This document shows positions 61,747-64,000 of a stretch of 64,000 nt of DNA, one piece after another (positions within the stretch are counted from its first letter, which is position 1; each line of letters begins with the position of its first letter). The notes beneath the pieces were generated by a model. That model was given only the letters and a program-made list of their open reading frames with translations, searched no databases and was not told the origin of the DNA. This DNA is from Dimorphilus gyrociliatus (lineage: Eukaryota > Animalia > Annelida), in NCBI GenBank assembly GCA_904063045.1, contig CAJFCJ010000010.1, positions 1,674,001 to 1,738,000 of the forward strand, in the 5' to 3' direction. The position numbers were made by a program, and so were the translations under genes.

Positions 61747-63659
61747 CTAAGCCGAAACTGTTTCAACAATTGACTTTTTAATAATCTCACCGAAGTTTGA
61801 CGAAGGAGTACTGTCAACAACCCCTTCTGTTCCCTCATCTGGAGGATACGTTTCGCTATTTTCTGTACTGGCTGGCATCAATTCAGTAAATTCTCTTCCA
61901 TTGTCAACTATTTGTTGGTTGTCACCACATCTCGACCAGTATTGAGTAGGAGGTAGAAGAGCAGATATTGGTTCCAGCTTGAATGGAACCTGATTTTGGG
62001 ATACGACTGGAGGATTATTGACAATCGCTCTGTTCCAGCTATCCTGATGATTTTTCACCTCCTTCATCATTGCATTACTGAGCATTAAGTTCTGACAGTC
62101 GCAACACGAACCCCGTTCGTTTGAATTGAAGATTGTTTGCGCCGAGTCGTTTGTAGATTTTTTTTGTATTTCCAATCGCATTAGTGTATGAATAAAGTGT
62201 GATCGAACTCGAAGAGGATTAAATTCGATTCTTCCTTGCTGATTGCTGCATGATTCCACTATACAGTTACACGGAAACGTCTGTCTATCCACCTGACATT
62301 TTATACCTAAAAGTAGACAATAAAGGGAAAAAAAAAAGCCAATTTCAATAATTGTTTGCCTCAAACGGAGTAAAATTATTCGTGACTCTTAAATAATTAA
62401 AAATCAATAAAACTTTAGGATCAGAGATGAAATATGATTCTTTTCTGTTGTTTGTTGTTATTTTTTTTATAGATAAACAAACTATTTTTTGGATAATCGA
62501 ACTCAAAAGGCTTTCATCTCTATGTTTTATATATACTAATATATATATATATATATATTTCCCCGTAAATCTTTTTCATCTATTTACCTTCTAATGCGCA
62601 TTCGCAGGTTTCTGGTAGACAAATTCCACCAGGACAAGAGCAGCCACACCTTTCACGAGATTCACGAATATCTTTACATTCATCTTTTTCCTCTGAGTCT
62701 ACCTTCTTTACACCAGCATCACGTAAGAGTATTCTTCAAATGAAACAAAGAGAGAGAAAACTCTTTAATAGATTATTAAAACTTGAATAAACAGTGTAAA
62801 TAAATTTTGAATGACGTCTAAATTGGATATTTGTATCATATTTTAAAATTCTTAATGAAATATGTCGCCTCTGGGTAAGGTTGATTTTAAGGAATTTAAA
62901 GAATTTGGCATATTTAAAAATAAGATATATAAAATGTTTGAGTTTCGTTTTTGTTGCTTTTAATAGAACGTAGGGAAATCGGAGTACGGTGAACAAGTAG
63001 TTCAGAGCACGTGACCCAACCTATCCAATCAGATGTGAGCTGATGGTTTAACCCGAGTGCGTATTCTAATTTTTCTGCATCCTCTATTGAGATTTTTGAG
63101 TAAAGAAAAAAATATTGAACTAAAATTCGACTAATTACGAATTCTAGCAATGAAAAGCTCGATAAACATTGGCATTTTTTTTATAGAGAGCCTGAGGCGT
63201 CCAATTTAAGACTTCTTCTGATTTTTAGATCATCAAATTCTATTAAGGGAGGAAGATTTTTTTGCACTTTCTATAAGCTTACCTCCTTTGTCTTGTTGGA
63301 ACGGGTTGTAGAAAGTAGTAGTCTTCTAAATTATCTAATATTTTCTCTTCATCTTCCCCTTCGACAGGAGTAGGTAAATGAGCAGGCAATGTCCCTTTTG
63401 CACTTTGTTCCAACAGTATATGAAAATGAGTTTTTTTCCTCATTTCACACCAGGAGTCTATGTCTAATGTCTCTTCGTCGTGATGTTCGTTTGCCATGCC
63501 CAAAGTTGAACCGCCTTGAGATGGAACGCAAGTGAAACCTTGTTGCCTTGAAAAGTAAAATACTTGAACATGTTTAAAAGAAACGCTCTTCTTAGCCCGT
63601 TTTTCACCCTTTTCACTTTTTTTTGGGTCGTCGTCACTCTGGCTTGCTCGACGCTTCAT
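61747..63659 (-). CDS. CSRNP: Cysteine/serine-rich nuclear protein (CSRNP/Axud1), exons 63659-63283, 62733-62588, 62306-61747
   Basis: [67 protein letters not shown]....CSN..GRIEFNP.RVR.HF.HT.MRLE. A further upstream exon cannot be excluded. Confidence 0.93.
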
Positions 63660-63682
63660 AGTCACCTGCTGATATCGATTTG

Positions 63683-63710
63683 GTTACTATAGTAACATCA
63701 CATGACGTCA
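63683..63710. promoter_or_regulatory. RFX X-box palindrome plus full CRE upstream of CSRNP
   Basis: GTTACTATAGTAAC at 63683-63696 and TGACGTCA at 63703-63710. Confidence 0.6.
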
Positions 63711-64000
63711 CATATAACGATTTTTTTTATTAAAATTTTATTTCAACTTTGACCGACTAAAAGAAGTCATAGACTACACATAAGTAATATACATATAAAA
63801 ATATTGGCTCGTAATAGGCTATTTTATCACCTGAAAACTTTAATTATATGGCCTGTATAGGCCATAGCTTAGGCATAGACTTGAAAATTCAGTTTTAGCC
63901 ATCGATTTCCAGCAATCGAGAATACGGAGTGAACTAATTAAGCTTATATCTTCTATATTATATAATTTTGCTTATTATCTAAGAAATAAGATGAAAATTC

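Overview
AT-rich (roughly 70% A+T), gene-dense animal genomic DNA with many very short (about 55-70 nt) GT-AG introns. The compactness fits a miniaturised invertebrate genome (e.g. a small lophotrochozoan); the species cannot be fixed from sequence alone. By hand-splicing I recover 13 protein-coding genes in order: SAXO (+), HAUS6 (-), SRSF2 (+), a receptor tyrosine (pseudo)kinase (+), a WS/DGAT acyltransferase (-), UMPS (+), CACNB (+), an intronless Tctex1-domain gene (-), neurogenin (+), ZGLP1 (+), a bacterial-type sulfotransferase (+), pirin (+) and CSRNP (-). There is also a zone of degenerate coding relics at 34.4-39.2 kb. The strongest novelty candidate is a receptor joining a RYK-type pseudokinase to a Cys-rich plus IPT ectodomain instead of a WIF domain. 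Other notable items: a ZGLP1 with a shortened CX2CX16CX2C GATA finger; a Ser in place of the phosphate-gripping Arg of OMP decarboxylase; 11 Tc1/mariner-type TA-CWG-TA footprints in (TA)n runs; CTCF-like motifs between genes; and a mosaic 600-bp intragenic duplication in SAXO. No rRNA, tRNA, CRISPR array or intact transposon was seen. All homology calls are from recognition of motifs, not from database searches.
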